From positions 21,948,001-22,012,000 of the forward strand of contig CDPCPM010000026.1 of the NCBI GenBank assembly GCA_976551045.1: a stretch of 64,000 nucleotides of DNA. Reading direction: 5' to 3'. The position numbers were made by a program, and so were the translations under genes. The notes under the pieces are model-generated. The model did no database searches and had not been told where the DNA came from. It saw only the letters and a program-made list of their open reading frames with translations. Below are positions 62,051 to 64,000 of the stretch, piece by piece; within the stretch, counting starts at the first letter, position 1; every line of letters starts with the position of its first letter. This DNA is from Glaucostegus cemiculus. Its lineage: Eukaryota.

Positions 62051-62701
62051 CGAAATGCAGACACGTTGGACTGGATTTTCCTGGACCTGGCTTGTCACCG
62101 AGATCAAAGCCCACAGCACCAGCTGCCTGCACTCCCCACAGCTGGATGTGGTTGGCTGAGTGAGGTGTGGGGCTTTGCCTTCAGTTAAAGCTATGAAACA
62201 CATTAACAGTTCTCAAATATCTCTGACACTCAAAGAGCTTAAAAGCTCTTAAAAGCTGAAGCAAATAATTGAACATAATAAAAATTACTTAAGAAGAATA
62301 TAATGTTAAGGCTCATTAAGAGCACACTAAAGCACAAAGATTAAAACTTACTACGATTATACAGTGGATGGGAGTTGCCTGTGAGTGGTTTCTTTTCACA
62401 AGGGATAGTTGTTGCACACCCAGCTACCACACCAGCTTCACAGGACAGGGTCTTCATCCAGTGGCAAGGAGGACCAAGGTGACTGGAGATCCAGCTCTGC
62501 TGTATGGGCATTAATGCTTCAGCATAAAGCTGGTCACATTTGGAGATGCTGTGTAGCATCTTCATGTATGTTTGCTTGCACACACATGTGGGCGTGTTGG
62601 CTCAGGCACAGGAACCCTTGCCTAGTGCCTCTGTCCTGGCTTATCAACCCCTTCTTGTCCATGGCAGCCTCCAGTTCCCAAGCCTGTTTGTGTGCTGACT
62701 C

Positions 62702-63350
62702 CTATTCCCAGGCACTGGGTCTATGCACACACCCGAACGAATTGGCGAATCCCGGTTCCGGTCACACGTAACAACATTCCCAGTCCAAGGGTCCAGCTAC
62801 ACACCGAACGGCATTCACAGTCCATGTGTCCAGCCACACACCAAACAGCATTCCCAGTCCACGAGTCCAACCATACACCAAACAGCATTCCCAGTCCATG
62901 GGTCCAGCCACACGCCAAACAGCATTCCCAGTCCATGGGTCCAGCCACACACCAAACAGCATTCCCAGTCCACGAGTCCAACCATACACCAAACAGCATT
63001 CCCAGTCCATGGGTCCAGCCACACACCAAACAGCATTCCCAGTCCATGGGTCCAGCCACACACCAAACAGCATTCCCAGTCCATGGGTCCAGCCACACAC
63101 CAAACAGCATTCCCAGTCCATGGGTCCAGCCACACACCAAACAGCATTCCCAGTCCATGGGTTGAGTCACACACTTAATGGCACTCCCAGTCCACAGGTC
63201 CAGCCAACACACCAAACAGCACTCCCATTCTACGGGTCCAGCCACACACCTAACGTCATTCCCAATCCCTGGGCTCCATTTACAAACCCAAACGCATACC
63301 CACGAATGGCTCCAGCTATACACCTGATCACACTCCCAGTCCCAGGCCAT
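62702..63350. repeat. 37-bp minisatellite (cattcccagtccatgggtccagccacacaccaaacag), roughly 17 units including degenerate edges
   Basis: Unit starts e.g. 63071 and 63108; near-identical core ~62850-63160; the overlapping ORFs on both strands are artefacts of it. Confidence 0.95.
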
Positions 63351-63499
63351 GGTTCACACGATGGTAAGACAATATCTGAGTATTTTGTACAGTTTACTCT
63401 CCATACATAAAGAGGAACATACTTGCTGTTGTGGGAGCGCAGTGAAAATTCACCAGACTGATTCCTGGAATGGTGTGTCTGCCAAGGGTGAAGAGATTG

Positions 63500-63920
63500 A
63501 GTGGAAGGTGTGTCACATAAGATTCTTGGAAGTATCAGTAGGGTAGATACCCGAAGGATGTTTTCTAGGCTTATGAATCTAGAACCTGTGGTCACAGCAT
63601 TTAGGGCTGAAATGAGGAGTAACATCTTCACTCAGAAGGTGGTGAAGCTTTGAAATCATCTACGCCAGAGGACTGTGGAGGCTCAGACACCTAAATCAAT
63701 AGTTTCTGGATATAAGGATGGGCAGGAAAAAGTTTGAAGTAGAAGATCAGTCATGATCTTTTTGAAAGACAAAGAGGCTCAAAGGGTAAAATGGACCTGC
63801 TCCAATTGCTTATGTTGATAATCCCTTTCAAATGAAGGAGATTAGGGTTGAGAGGGAATAATAAATCAGCCATGATCAAATGGCAGAGCAGACTTGATGG
63901 TCTTCTATCCTGCAGCAGGT
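63500..63920 (+). mobile_element. CR1 3' fragments
   Basis: ggatgttttc...gaatctagaacctgtggtcacag...gggctgaaatgaggag...ttcactcagaaggtggtgaa...gatcagtcatgatc; second tail atcagccatgatcaaatggcagagcagacttgatgg. Confidence 0.8.
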
Positions 63921-64000
63921 CTGTCCCAGCAATTCTTGGTGTAATATCAGGGAATTGCAGCAAAACCATGGCCTTCTTGGTTCCAGATAGGGTCTAGCAA

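Noticed and set aside
62233-62250. Short perfect hairpins (aagagctt-aa-aagctctt; also ~10434, ~53808, ~54598)
   Set aside because: Stems of 6-8 bp are expected by chance in 64 kb of AT-rich DNA; Rho-independent terminators are not relevant here.
62692-63410. Overlapping repetitive ORFs of 119-209 aa
   Set aside because: Produced by the 37-bp minisatellite, whose period is not a multiple of 3; open on both strands.

Overview
AT-rich, CpG-depleted vertebrate genomic DNA. The repeat inventory (HE1/V-SINE-like and SacSINE1/DeuSINE-like SINEs, CR1, Rex1/Babar, RTE and Penelope-derived fragments) points to a cartilaginous fish, probably a batoid; this is inferred from recalled repeat consensus sequences, not from a database search. 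No intact protein-coding gene, tRNA or rRNA was recognised, so the window looks intronic or intergenic. The ORFs with recognisable motifs are broken retrotransposon ORF2 pieces. Four signals stand out. (1) A family of short Penelope-derived elements carries a minimal hammerhead-ribozyme motif; several copies end or fold back at the ribozyme 5' edge, and two insertions have clear target-site duplications. (2) A ~30-unit, 45-bp tandem array (27.4-28.75 kb) has strongly diverged units but conserved length, and its variation reconstructs a CpG-rich, hairpin-forming ancestor. (3) A repeat-free, CpG-retaining block at ~36.7-39.4 kb has clustered minus-strand splice acceptors and a candidate 44-nt exon. 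(4) V-SINEs share a head and core but carry different LINE-derived tails. Repeat boundaries were estimated by eye and are approximate (tens of bp) unless exact sequences are quoted.
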